Origin: Myxococcota bacterium
GTDB lineage: Bacteria; Myxococcota_A; UBA9160; UBA4427
Assembly (NCBI GenBank): GCA_041389425.1
Contig: JAWKRX010000021.1
Coordinates: 16,075 to 80,074, forward strand
Direction: 5' to 3'
Length of the DNA: 64,000 nt
The notes beneath the pieces are model-generated. The model had not been told where the DNA came from and ran no database searches. It saw nothing but the letters and a program-made list of their open reading frames with translations. A program made the position numbers and the translations under genes. Position 1 is the stretch's first letter. The number at the start of each line of letters is the position of its first letter. Below, piece by piece: positions 26,733 to 34,853 of this stretch.

Positions 26733-28201
26733 GCGCGCTGCTCCTCCGCTTCCGACGCCACCGGATCACGGGCTCCGGCGAGCTCGCTCGTCGGCTCGCT
26801 CGCGATCAGCCCCGTGCGGCGCAGCGTCCGGTCGATTCCGGCGAAGACGCTGCGCTCGAGGCGGAACGTGACGTGTCCGCCCTGGTACCAGACGATCTCG
26901 GGCTCCTCCCAATGGCGCCAGAGATCGCGCACCTGATCGGGGGTGACGAGGCGATCGGCGACCGCGCCGAAGAGCATCCGCCCGGCCTTCGGCACCTTCG
27001 GCGCGAGGGCGAGGGGCGAGACGACGCGCAGCACGTCGGCGGCGTGCTCGAGGGAATAGCCGCTCCGCAGCGCGCGCTCGAGCTGCCGGGGCACCGCGTG
27101 GCGCGCGAGCATCCGCGGGATGTCGCTGAGCGGGATGCCCGGGATCGCGCAGGCGAGACCTTCTTCGATGCTCGTGTAGACGGCCGTCGTGTAGCCGCCG
27201 AGCGAGAGGCCGAGGGCGCCGATCGCGCCGGGCTCCTGCGCGCGGATCCAGCCGATCAGGCGACGGATGTCCCAGACGGCCTGCGCTTCGGCGTGGAGCG
27301 TGTCGAGGACGTCGAGACCGAGAAAACCGGTGCCCGAGTGGCGGGCACGGCGGCGCGGGCCGTGCAGGGGAAGAACCGGGATCAGGACGTTGAGGCCGAG
27401 ACGGCCGTAGAAGCGCTCGAAGACGCGCGCGTCGATCGCGAGGTGCCCCATGCGGTAGCCGTTGGTGCAGACGAGCCAGGGGCGGCCGGCGCCGCCGCCG
27501 CGAACGACGTAGGCGAAGGCGTCGCGACAGCTGCCGTAGCCGAGCCAGCGCTCGCGGCCCGGCTCGCCCTCGCGCGGCGCATAGCCGCTCTCGAAGCGGA
27601 GGATCTCGATCGCGCGGCCCGCGATGCGGCGCGTCCGGATCTCGGGATCGACGAGCGGCGGCGGCGCGACATGATAGGTCTCGGGCGCCGCGAGGAAGCC
27701 CTGATGCGCGAACGACTCACGCGCGAGTGCGACCTCTTCGACGCAGCGGAGGAGCTCGGCGTCGCCCGCGAATCCCCGGCGCTGCGAGAGCTCGAGCCCG
27801 AGCAGGGCTTCGTCGGCGGCGATCTTGGCGGCGAGCGGCCAGCTGCGCTGGACGGTCGGGATGTCGTCTTGCGGGGCCTCGAGCTCGACCGCCCGATATC
27901 CGGCGGCGAGCGCGGCGAGCGCGGCGCTCGCTGCGAGCAGGAGGGCCGGGAGCAGACCCACCGCCAGGGCGAGCGGCAGGGCGAGAACGACGCCCGCGAG
28001 CCCCACCAGCGCGCCGACCTCCGTCCCCCGGCGATCGCCGGGCCGGAGCAGGGACGCGACGGCGGCGCCCGCCAGCAGCCCACCGATCAGGACGAGCGGA
28101 ATCGCCCCGAACACCGCCGCGTACGGAACGCGCGAGAGCCAGACGATGCCGGCTCCGATCCCGATCGCGGCTGCCGCCCATCGACCACGCGATTGCGCCA
28201 A
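26729..28201 (-). CDS. Membrane-anchored alpha/beta-fold hydrolase
   Basis: 490 aa. About 4 N-terminal TM helices. The nucleophile elbow is 'GLSLGG'. The stop overlaps the IOR start (ATGA 26729-26732). Confidence 0.75.
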   Translation of the reverse strand: MAQSRGRWAAAAIGIGAGIVWLSRVPYAAVFGAIPLVLIGGLLAGAAVASLLRPGDRRGTEVGALVGLAGVVLALPLALAVGLLPALLLAASAALAALAAGYRAVELEAPQDDIPTVQRSWPLAAKIAADEALLGLELSQRRGFAGDAELLRCVEEVALARESFAHQGFLAAPETYHVAPPPLVDPEIRTRRIAGRAIEILRFESGYAPREGEPGRERWLGYGSCRDAFAYVVRGGGAGRPWLVCTNGYRMGHLAIDARVFERFYGRLGLNVLIPVLPLHGPRRRARHSGTGFLGLDVLDTLHAEAQAVWDIRRLIGWIRAQEPGAIGALGLSLGGYTTAVYTSIEEGLACAIPGIPLSDIPRMLARHAVPRQLERALRSGYSLEHAADVLRVVSPLALAPKVPKAGRMLFGAVADRLVTPDQVRDLWRHWEEPEIVWYQGGHVTFRLERSVFAGIDRTLRRTGLIASEPTSELAGARDPVASEAEEQRA

Positions 28202-28297
28202 ACAGGCCCCCCTCGCTGGATGCGTTTTCGGAGACTACCGGATCCCCGCGGCCGGGGTCGTATCTCGGCACCGGCGTTCCCGGCGTTCATCGTCCGC

Positions 28298-28378
28298 TGA
28301 CAAAACTGTCTCAAGCATCCGGATCAGCGTGGAAATTCTGGTTTTGTCGGGCGTTTGTCCGCCCATCCCGACAAAACA
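28298..28378. promoter_or_regulatory. Candidate operator: three copies of a GTTTTGTCGG-type half-site in an AT-rich patch upstream of the hydrolase-IOR operon
   Basis: The copies are 'tgacaaaac' (28298-28306), 'gttttgtcggg' (28341-28351) and 'cccgacaaaac' (28368-28378). The last two form a perfect 11-bp inverted repeat with a 16-nt spacer. Confidence 0.35.
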
Positions 28379-28482
28379 CGGGCAACCCGCCGATTCGGCT
28401 CGCGGAATCCCGGATCCGGACCGCGCCGGGGCCTTCGAACGCCCCGCCCTGCCGAGCGGACGAACCGAAGTCGCCCGGCGCC

Positions 28483-28956
28483 CTACTCCGGTCGCCGCCA
28501 ATACGCCCGCATCAGCTCCGAGGACCAGGCCGGCTGCCGGACCGGCTCCCGCGGCAGGAACTCCTGCATCACCGGCTTCAGATCGACGACCGGCGTCCCG
28601 TCGATCGCGTCGAGCTCGGCGACGACGAGCCGTCGGCCCTCGCGGCGGACGACCCGGCAGATCGTGCTGCCGAGCCGGTTCGGCCGGTTCTTCCCGCGCT
28701 GGGCGAAGATGCCGACCGCGGGCCAGGCCTTCTCGCCCCGGGGATGGCGCGCGCCCGAGACGATCTTCGCCGGATCGACCCGGTCGAACACGAAGATCAC
28801 CTCGACGTGGGAGAAGCTCTCGATCCCGGCGAGCGCGTCTTCCCCGAAGCGCGCATCCAGCACGATCCCGGCCTCCGAGTTCCCCCAATCGTCGTCGATC
28901 GGGAGCTTGCGCTCGGCCTCGACCCGGCCGATCGCCTCGATCTCGAACTTCGCCAT
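28483..28956 (-). CDS. TsaA/YaeB (TrmO)-family SAM-dependent methyltransferase
   Basis: Start ATG at 28956 (MAKFEIEAIGRVE...). The segments 'FSHVEVIFVF', 'GIFAQRGKNRPNRLG' and 'LDAIDGTPVVDLKP' follow E. coli YaeB motif for motif. Confidence 0.85.
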   Translation of the reverse strand: MAKFEIEAIGRVEAERKLPIDDDWGNSEAGIVLDARFGEDALAGIESFSHVEVIFVFDRVDPAKIVSGARHPRGEKAWPAVGIFAQRGKNRPNRLGSTICRVVRREGRRLVVAELDAIDGTPVVDLKPVMQEFLPREPVRQPAWSSELMRAYWRRPE

Positions 28957-29065
28957 GCGCCCGCCTCCGCTGGAATGCGCGCGAGCTTGGCAGGCGGCTC
29001 GGCTCCGGGCAATCGACTCGGCGCTATCGTCCGCCCGCCGCCGATCCGGGCGGGGAGGAATCGCG

Positions 29066-29323
29066 ATGACCGAGCAGGACGACGAGCTGCGCCGGGAGCT
29101 CGAGCGGCTGCGCGCCGAGAACGAGGCCCTGAAGAACCAGGGGCGTCGCGGGCTGCGGCTCCAGGTGAGCGAGAAGGGCGGCGTCTCGCTGTACGGCATC
29201 CGCCGATTCCCGGTCACCTTCTACAAGGAGGAGTGGGAACGCATCCTCGGCATGGAGCCGGAGATCCGCGCATTCATGACCGAACATGCGACGGAGCTGA
29301 AGACGAAGGCGTCGGGGGATTGA
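29066..29323 (+). CDS. Small conserved-looking hypothetical protein (85 aa, N-terminal coiled coil)
   Basis: ATG 29066 is preceded by GGAGGA. Third-codon-position GC is very high. The sequence is 'MTEQDDELRRELERLRAENEALKNQ...LQVSEKGGVSLYGIRRFPVTFYKEEWERIL'. Its 3' end overlaps the convergent SSS gene by 50 nt. Confidence 0.65.
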   Translation: MTEQDDELRRELERLRAENEALKNQGRRGLRLQVSEKGGVSLYGIRRFPVTFYKEEWERILGMEPEIRAFMTEHATELKTKASGD

Positions 29324-30728
29324 CCGCCCGCCGGGCGAGCCGACCGGCGCCCGCCAACCCGATCGCCGTCCCCGTCACGATCCCCGGCAGCCCTTCGTAG
29401 ACGGCGTCGTGCCAGCCGAGCCAGCGCCAGAAGAGCGCGACGCCGATCGCGCCGAAGAGCATCGCGAGCGCGGTCGCTTCGTCGATCCGGCGGCCGAGCG
29501 CGTAGACGACCAGCAGCGGTGCGAACGCGCAGGCCAGCGTCGACCAGGCGAGCACGACCAGCTCGAAGACGCTGCGATTGCCCGAGAGGGCGATCACGAG
29601 CGCGAACCCCGCCGTCGCCGCCGTCGCGAGCTTCGCCTGCCAGGCCCGGTCCCAGGGCGACTTCGGCAGATCGCTCGTCAAGGTCGCCGAGCACGCCAGC
29701 ACCAGGGAGTCCGCCGTCGACATCGTCGCCGCGAAGATCCCCGCGAGCAGCACACCGACCATCGCCGGATGCAGCAGGGCCACCGACATCGTCGGCAGCG
29801 CCAGCTCCGGATCGAGCGAGGCCAGCTCCGGCAGCTCGAGCCGGGCCAGCATGCCGACCGCGGTCGCGAGCGCGTAGAACGCGATGAAATAGCTGTAGTA
29901 CCAGGCGCGCGCGGCGCGCAGATGGCGCTCGTCGTCGAGCGCCATGAAGCGCACCATCACGTGGGGTTGCCCGATCACGCTGAGACCCGCGAAGAGCCAG
30001 CCCACGATGAAGAGCAGCAGACCCGGTGCACCGGGCAGGAGCAGATCCCGCGGCATCCAGTCGAGGAAGCCCGGAATCTCGCGCATCTGGCCGACGACCT
30101 CGGCGAAGCCACCCCGAGAATCGACCGCCGCATAGCAGAGGATCCCCATGGCGCCGAGCATCACGAACGACTGCGCGGCGTCCGTCCAGATCGAAGCACG
30201 AATGCCACCGGCGGTGCTGTAGACGAGCACGACCAGCGCGACGAGCACGGCGCCGACGGCGGGATCCCAGCCGAGCACGCCGTGGAGGGCCTTCGAGCCC
30301 GCCTTGATCTGGGCCGCCGAGTAGACGCCGAGGAAGACGAGGGAGGTCACGGAGGCGATCCGTCGCCAGAGCGTGAAGTCGACGCTTCCCATCCAGCGCG
30401 AGAGCGCGCCGACGTAGGACCGCTCGTTGGCCAGCTCGGTGGCCCTGCGCAGCCGTGCATGGATCGCGAGCGAGGCCAGGAAATCGCCCAGGATCCAGCC
30501 GAACATCAGCCAGAACGCCGAGAGGCCGTTCGTGTACGTGAAGCCGATCACGCCGATGAACATGTAGCCGCTGTTGTTGGTCGCCACGGCCGACAGGCCC
30601 GAGAGCGCCGGCCCGACCGATCGGCTCGCGACATAGTAGTCGTCGACGGTGCCCCGGCTGAGATGGACCGACGCGATGCCGATCGCGAGGAAGATCCCCA
30701 TCAGCCCGAGGAAGACCCAGAGCGTCAT
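29274..30728 (-). CDS. Sodium:solute symporter (SSS) family transporter, last gene of the ect operon
   Basis: 484 aa and polytopic. 'DYYVASRSVGPALSGLSAVATNNSGYMFIGVIGFTY' is the typical SSS N-terminus. The start overlaps the ectD stop (ATGA 30725-30728). Confidence 0.9.
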   Translation of the reverse strand: MTLWVFLGLMGIFLAIGIASVHLSRGTVDDYYVASRSVGPALSGLSAVATNNSGYMFIGVIGFTYTNGLSAFWLMFGWILGDFLASLAIHARLRRATELANERSYVGALSRWMGSVDFTLWRRIASVTSLVFLGVYSAAQIKAGSKALHGVLGWDPAVGAVLVALVVLVYSTAGGIRASIWTDAAQSFVMLGAMGILCYAAVDSRGGFAEVVGQMREIPGFLDWMPRDLLLPGAPGLLLFIVGWLFAGLSVIGQPHVMVRFMALDDERHLRAARAWYYSYFIAFYALATAVGMLARLELPELASLDPELALPTMSVALLHPAMVGVLLAGIFAATMSTADSLVLACSATLTSDLPKSPWDRAWQAKLATAATAGFALVIALSGNRSVFELVVLAWSTLACAFAPLLVVYALGRRIDEATALAMLFGAIGVALFWRWLGWHDAVYEGLPGIVTGTAIGLAGAGRLARRAVNPPTPSSSAPSHVRS

Positions 30729-31615
30729 CGCCCGATGGGCTCGAACCGACGACTGGCGAGGAACTCGGGCCGGGGGCGCAGGCCATCCTGCGGATCACCC
30801 AGCTGATTCGAGACCGCGTTGTAGACGAGGAAGAGATTCGAGCGCGGCAGCGGCGTGATGTTGCCTGCGGAGGCGTGGAGCAGATTGCAGTCGAAGAAGA
30901 CGACCGTCCCGGCTTCCCCGGTCAAGGCCTCGATCCCGTAGGTCCGGGCGAGCTCCGTCAGGAGATCCGGATCCGGAACGCCATAGCGCTGACGCCGGAG
31001 CGACTCGAGGTAGTGATCTTCCGGCGTCTCGCCGGCGCAGGGAAAGAAGCGCAGATGCGAGCCGGGGATCACCATCAGGGGGCCGTTGCAGGCGGTGTTG
31101 TCGTCGAGCAGGATGGAGGCGGAGACGGCGCGCATCGCCGGCATGCCGTCCTCGACGTGCCAGGTCTCGAAATCCGAATGCCAGGGGAAGGTCTCGCCTT
31201 CGAAGCCCGGCTTGTAGTTCAGCCGCGATTGGTGGATGTAGACGTCGTCGCCGAGCAGCCAGCGCGCGACGTCGAGCAGCCGGACGTCGGCGGTGAGCTC
31301 GCGGAAGACGTCGCTCTGGCGATGCGTCTCGAAGATCGAACGGATCGAATCGCCGCCCGGCTCCCGCACGAGGGTTTCCGGATCGACGAGATCCGCCGCG
31401 CCGCTCTGCAGGCGATCGGCCTCTTCCCGCAGCCGCGCGACCTCGTTCGCGGAGAAGCGCCGGCGGAAGACGAGATAGCCGTTCTCCTCGAAGGCCAGCT
31501 TCTCGCCGATGCGCAGCGGCGAACCCGGGCGCCAGGTCGACCAGACGACCGGCTCCTGACGTTTGCGCGACGGCGCCGCCAGCGCCGATCGGCTCGCGTA
31601 GGCCTCCGCGCTCAT
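30725..31615 (-). CDS. ectD: Ectoine hydroxylase
   Basis: The real start is ATG at 31615 ([10 protein letters not shown]...). It contains the EctD signature '[17 protein letters not shown]' and belongs to the non-heme Fe(II)/2-oxoglutarate dioxygenase family. Confidence 0.95.
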   Translation of the reverse strand: MSAEAYASRSALAAPSRKRQEPVVWSTWRPGSPLRIGEKLAFEENGYLVFRRRFSANEVARLREEADRLQSGAADLVDPETLVREPGGDSIRSIFETHRQSDVFRELTADVRLLDVARWLLGDDVYIHQSRLNYKPGFEGETFPWHSDFETWHVEDGMPAMRAVSASILLDDNTACNGPLMVIPGSHLRFFPCAGETPEDHYLESLRRQRYGVPDPDLLTELARTYGIEALTGEAGTVVFFDCNLLHASAGNITPLPRSNLFLVYNAVSNQLGDPQDGLRPRPEFLASRRFEPIGR

Positions 31616-32055
31616 GGCCCCTCCGGATGAGCCGCCGCGGGAGGAGGAGAAGAAGAGGCTCCATGCGACCCGGCGTCGACCGCCGGATAGCTGCCGCTGC
31701 GGTCGTGGACTTCCCGGCCATGGAGAGGCGGGTTGAACACGCAGGCGAGCACCAGCTTCGTCGTCGCATGGAGCCGATGGCGATCGTGCTGATCGAGCGC
31801 GTACACGACGCCCGGCTCGATCTCGTGGCGCTCGCCGCGGGCGAGATCTTCGATCGCGCCCTGCCCTTCGATGCAGTAGACGGACTCGAGATGGTTGAGA
31901 TACTGCATGTCGATCGAGCTGCCGGCGTCGATCGTCGTCACGTGGAACGAGAATCCCATCCCGTCCTCGGCGAGGATCAGGCGCAGGCTCCGCCACGACG
32001 TGGTTCGCACGTCCCGATCGGTCCCGGCGGCATCGGAGAGCTTGCGTACGATCAC
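31612..32055 (-). CDS. ectC: L-ectoine synthase
   Basis: GTG start at 32055, giving '(M)[15 protein letters not shown]...[15 protein letters not shown]...[13 protein letters not shown]...[11 protein letters not shown]...[15 protein letters not shown]'. This is collinear with Halomonas EctC. It overlaps both neighbours by 4 nt. Confidence 0.9.
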   Translation of the reverse strand: MIVRKLSDAAGTDRDVRTTSWRSLRLILAEDGMGFSFHVTTIDAGSSIDMQYLNHLESVYCIEGQGAIEDLARGERHEIEPGVVYALDQHDRHRLHATTKLVLACVFNPPLHGREVHDRSGSYPAVDAGSHGASSSPPPAAAHPEGP

Positions 32056-33389
32056 GACGAGAGTCCCTCCTTGCGGGCCGCACCGATGGCGTCGAAGAGG
32101 ATCTGCAGCCCTTCGTCGAGCTCGTCCTCCTCGATGATCAGCGGAGCGAGGATCTTGACGACCTCGCCGCGCGGACCGCTCGTCTCGATGATCAGCCCCT
32201 CGGCGAACGCGAGCTCGACGACCCGCGAAGCCATCTCGCCCGAAGGCATCTCGATGCCCTGCATCATCCCGCGTCCCTTGCGCAGCAGCTCGGGGAACTG
32301 CATCACGAGCGAATCGAGGCGCAGCCGGAGCATCTTTCCGAGCTCTCGCGTGCGAGCGGCGAACGCGTCGTCCTGCCAGAAATGCCCGAGCGCCGCCGTG
32401 GCGGTCACGAACGCGGAGCTGTTTCCGCGGAAGGTGCCGTTGTGCTCGCCGGCGGCCCAATGATCGAGATCGCGGCGGATCAGCACGGCCGCCATCGGCA
32501 GCCCGTAGCCCGAGAGCGATTTCGCCATCGTCACGATGTCCGGCCGGATCCCCGCGAACTCGAAGCTGAAGAAATGGCCCGTCCGCCCGATGCCGGCCTG
32601 GATGTCGTCGACGATGAGGAGCGCGCCCGAGCTGCGAGCGATCGCCTCGACCCGGCGCAGCCATTCGGCGCTCGCCACGTTGAGGCCGCCCTCGCCCTGC
32701 ACGGTCTCGAGGATGATCGCCGCCGGCCGATCGACGCCGCTCGACGGATCCTCGAGCATCTTCTCCAGCAGGGCGAGACCGTCGAAATCCTCTCCGAGAT
32801 AGCCCGCATACGGAATCCGGGTCACCCCTCCGAGCGGCAGCTCGCCGTCCAGGCGGTGCAGCCGATTGCCCGTGCAGGCCAGCGCGCCGAGCGTCACGCC
32901 GTGGAACCCGTTCGTGAAGGCGATGACGTTGCGTCGCCCCGTCACCTTGCGCGCCAGCTTCAGCGCCGCTTCGACCGCGTTGGTCCCCGTCGGCCCCGGA
33001 AACTGCACGATGTAGTCGAGCTGGCGGGGCCGGAGGACCCGCCCCTCGAACGCTTCGAGAAACTCGCTCTTCGCACGCGTGAAGAGATCGAGCCCGCAGC
33101 TGATCCCGTCGGATTCGATGTAGCGGATCAGGGCTTCCTTGAGGGCGGGATGATTGTGTCCGTAGTTCAGCGTCGAACAGCCGGACAGGAAGTCGAGATA
33201 GGATCGACCCCGCGCATCGAAGATCCGGGTTCCCTCCGCCCGGTCGAACAGCACGGGGAAGCTCCGCGAATAGCTGCGGACGGCCGATTCCCTGCGCTCG
33301 AAGATCGTCGACTTCGCGGGCGTCCGGACCGGCCCGCCCGGATTCCGGGACTCGTTCCGATTCCGGGCCACGTCGATTCTCGCATTCAT
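32052..33389 (-). CDS. ectB: Diaminobutyrate--2-oxoglutarate transaminase
   Basis: Start ATG at 33389 ([10 protein letters not shown]...). Supporting segments are '[20 protein letters not shown]', '[17 protein letters not shown]' and '[14 protein letters not shown]' (PLP lysine region). Confidence 0.95.
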   Translation of the reverse strand: MNARIDVARNRNESRNPGGPVRTPAKSTIFERRESAVRSYSRSFPVLFDRAEGTRIFDARGRSYLDFLSGCSTLNYGHNHPALKEALIRYIESDGISCGLDLFTRAKSEFLEAFEGRVLRPRQLDYIVQFPGPTGTNAVEAALKLARKVTGRRNVIAFTNGFHGVTLGALACTGNRLHRLDGELPLGGVTRIPYAGYLGEDFDGLALLEKMLEDPSSGVDRPAAIILETVQGEGGLNVASAEWLRRVEAIARSSGALLIVDDIQAGIGRTGHFFSFEFAGIRPDIVTMAKSLSGYGLPMAAVLIRRDLDHWAAGEHNGTFRGNSSAFVTATAALGHFWQDDAFAARTRELGKMLRLRLDSLVMQFPELLRKGRGMMQGIEMPSGEMASRVVELAFAEGLIIETSGPRGEVVKILAPLIIEEDELDEGLQILFDAIGAARKEGLSS

Positions 33390-34051
33390 GCTCTCCCCCT
33401 TTCTCGTCGACCGGCGAGGTCGACCTGGATCGGGGGCTGACGCCCCGCTTCGATACCGTCGATCCGAATGGACCATTCACTGTCGTGCCGCGATTGGAAG
33501 GCTTCGCTCTCGTCGAGCCACGGCGTGAGCTCGACCCGCGAGCCCCGGCTCTGGGCGAAGCTCTCGAAGAATCCGAGCGAGGCCACGTTGGTGGCCGTCA
33601 CCGAGGCACCGACCCGAGCGACGCCATCGCAGGCGTCCCGCGCGAGGATGTCGTCCAGCAGCGCGTGGGCGAGGCGCGTGCGCCGCGCCGCGGGTGCGAC
33701 CGCCACCTGCCAGACGAAGAGCGTCTCCGGTTCGGTCGGTGGGCGATGGGCCGAGAGCCAGCCGAGGACGGATTCGCCGTCGGTCGCGTCGATCGCGATC
33801 GCGCAGGTCGACGCGAAATGCGTGCACTGGAGCAGGTTGCAGTAGAGCGAGTTGATGTCGAGTGGCGGACAGGAGCGGATGAGATCGTGGACGGCGACGC
33901 CGTCCTGCATCGTCGGGGGCCGGATGATCCGGGCCGTCCCGACTGGCTCCACCGTCTGGCCGGAGGGTTTTTCCTTCGATTTCTGAATCTTTATCTGACC
34001 TGACCTTTCGCCGCTGCGTGCTCTAAACTGGCCGATATCAATGGTTTTCAT
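33386..34051 (-). CDS. ectA: L-2,4-diaminobutyrate acetyltransferase
   Basis: 221 aa GNAT. '[37 protein letters not shown]' is the typical EctA N-terminal block. It is the first gene of the ectABCD operon. Confidence 0.9.
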   Translation of the reverse strand: MKTIDIGQFRARSGERSGQIKIQKSKEKPSGQTVEPVGTARIIRPPTMQDGVAVHDLIRSCPPLDINSLYCNLLQCTHFASTCAIAIDATDGESVLGWLSAHRPPTEPETLFVWQVAVAPAARRTRLAHALLDDILARDACDGVARVGASVTATNVASLGFFESFAQSRGSRVELTPWLDESEAFQSRHDSEWSIRIDGIEAGRQPPIQVDLAGRRERGRA

Positions 34052-34099
34052 GGATTTTACGGCCCTTTCTGACTCATCGACCCTCTCGATGGGTCGGGC

Positions 34100-34127
34100 A
34101 GTGTATCGGATTTTATTTCGATTTCAA
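34100..34127 (-). promoter_or_regulatory. Candidate sigma-70-type ect promoter
   Basis: The minus strand reads TTGAAA (34127-34122), a 16-nt AT-rich spacer, then TACACT (34105-34100). It lies about 49 nt upstream of the ectA ATG, in the only AT-rich patch of the ectA/MarR divergent region. Confidence 0.35.
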
Positions 34128-34238
34128 AAGTATCTTCCGACACACCCCCCTGGGTGCCCGATTCGCTCCGCGCAGGAGCGCCTCCGGGACACGGCTACAC
34201 TCGTGCTCTTTTTTCGCGCGGAGAGGGCGTCGTACTTC

Positions 34239-34772
34239 ATGGTCGAGCTGGCAGAGCAGGCGCTGATCGCACTCCGGCGCATCATCCGGGTCACGGAAAC
34301 CCACTCCCGCGGACTCGCGCGCGATCTCGGGACGACGGCTTCCCAGGTCATCGTGCTGCGCATCCTCGCCCAGGCCGGCGAAGCGACGGCGGGGCAGATC
34401 GCCGAGCGGGCGAGCATGTCGCAAGCGACGATCAGCACGCTCCTCGACAGCCTCGAGTCCGCGAACCTCGCGGTCCGAAAGCGCGGCGAAGGCGATCGGC
34501 GGCAGGTCTGGGTCTCGTTGACGCAGACCGGCCGCGCATTCCTCGACTCCATGCCCGACCTGCTCCAGGAGCGCTTCGAGACCCGCTTCCAGAAGCTGCC
34601 GAGCTGGGAGCAGGGCTATCTCGTGGCCGCGCTCGAACGCATCACCTCCCTGCTGGGCGCGGAGGAGATCGACGCATCGCCGATCCTCGACGTCGGCGCG
34701 ATCGCGAGAAGTGAAGATTCAGCGAGCGCGCCGCCGCGGCGCAGCCCGACCCGCCGTCGCAGCCGCTCGTGA
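34239..34772 (+). CDS. MarR-family transcriptional regulator divergent from ectA (EctR-like position)
   Basis: Start ATG 34239 (MVELAEQALIALRRIIRV...). The winged helix is 'SQVIVLRILAQAGEATAGQIAERASMSQATISTLLDSLESANLAVRKRGEGDRRQVWVSLT'. Confidence 0.8.
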   Translation: MVELAEQALIALRRIIRVTETHSRGLARDLGTTASQVIVLRILAQAGEATAGQIAERASMSQATISTLLDSLESANLAVRKRGEGDRRQVWVSLTQTGRAFLDSMPDLLQERFETRFQKLPSWEQGYLVAALERITSLLGAEEIDASPILDVGAIARSEDSASAPPRRSPTRRRSRS

Positions 34773-34853
34773 GCGGCCCTGCGCGGGGATCGAACCGGGC
34801 TCCACGATCGATGCGCTAGGCTGGTCCTCCGCGCAACCACTGGAGCAAGCCAT

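Noticed and set aside
34771-34853. tRNA-like fragment on the minus strand: 'CCAGTGGTT...' (D-loop-like) and 'GGTTCGATCCCC' (T-loop-like, 34785-34800) just after the MarR stop.
   Set aside because: I could not fold a cloverleaf. There is no complementary 7-bp acceptor stem, the T-stem has 2 mismatches in 5, and there is no anticodon stem. At most it is a decayed tRNA or att remnant. A tRNAscan-SE or Infernal run would settle it.
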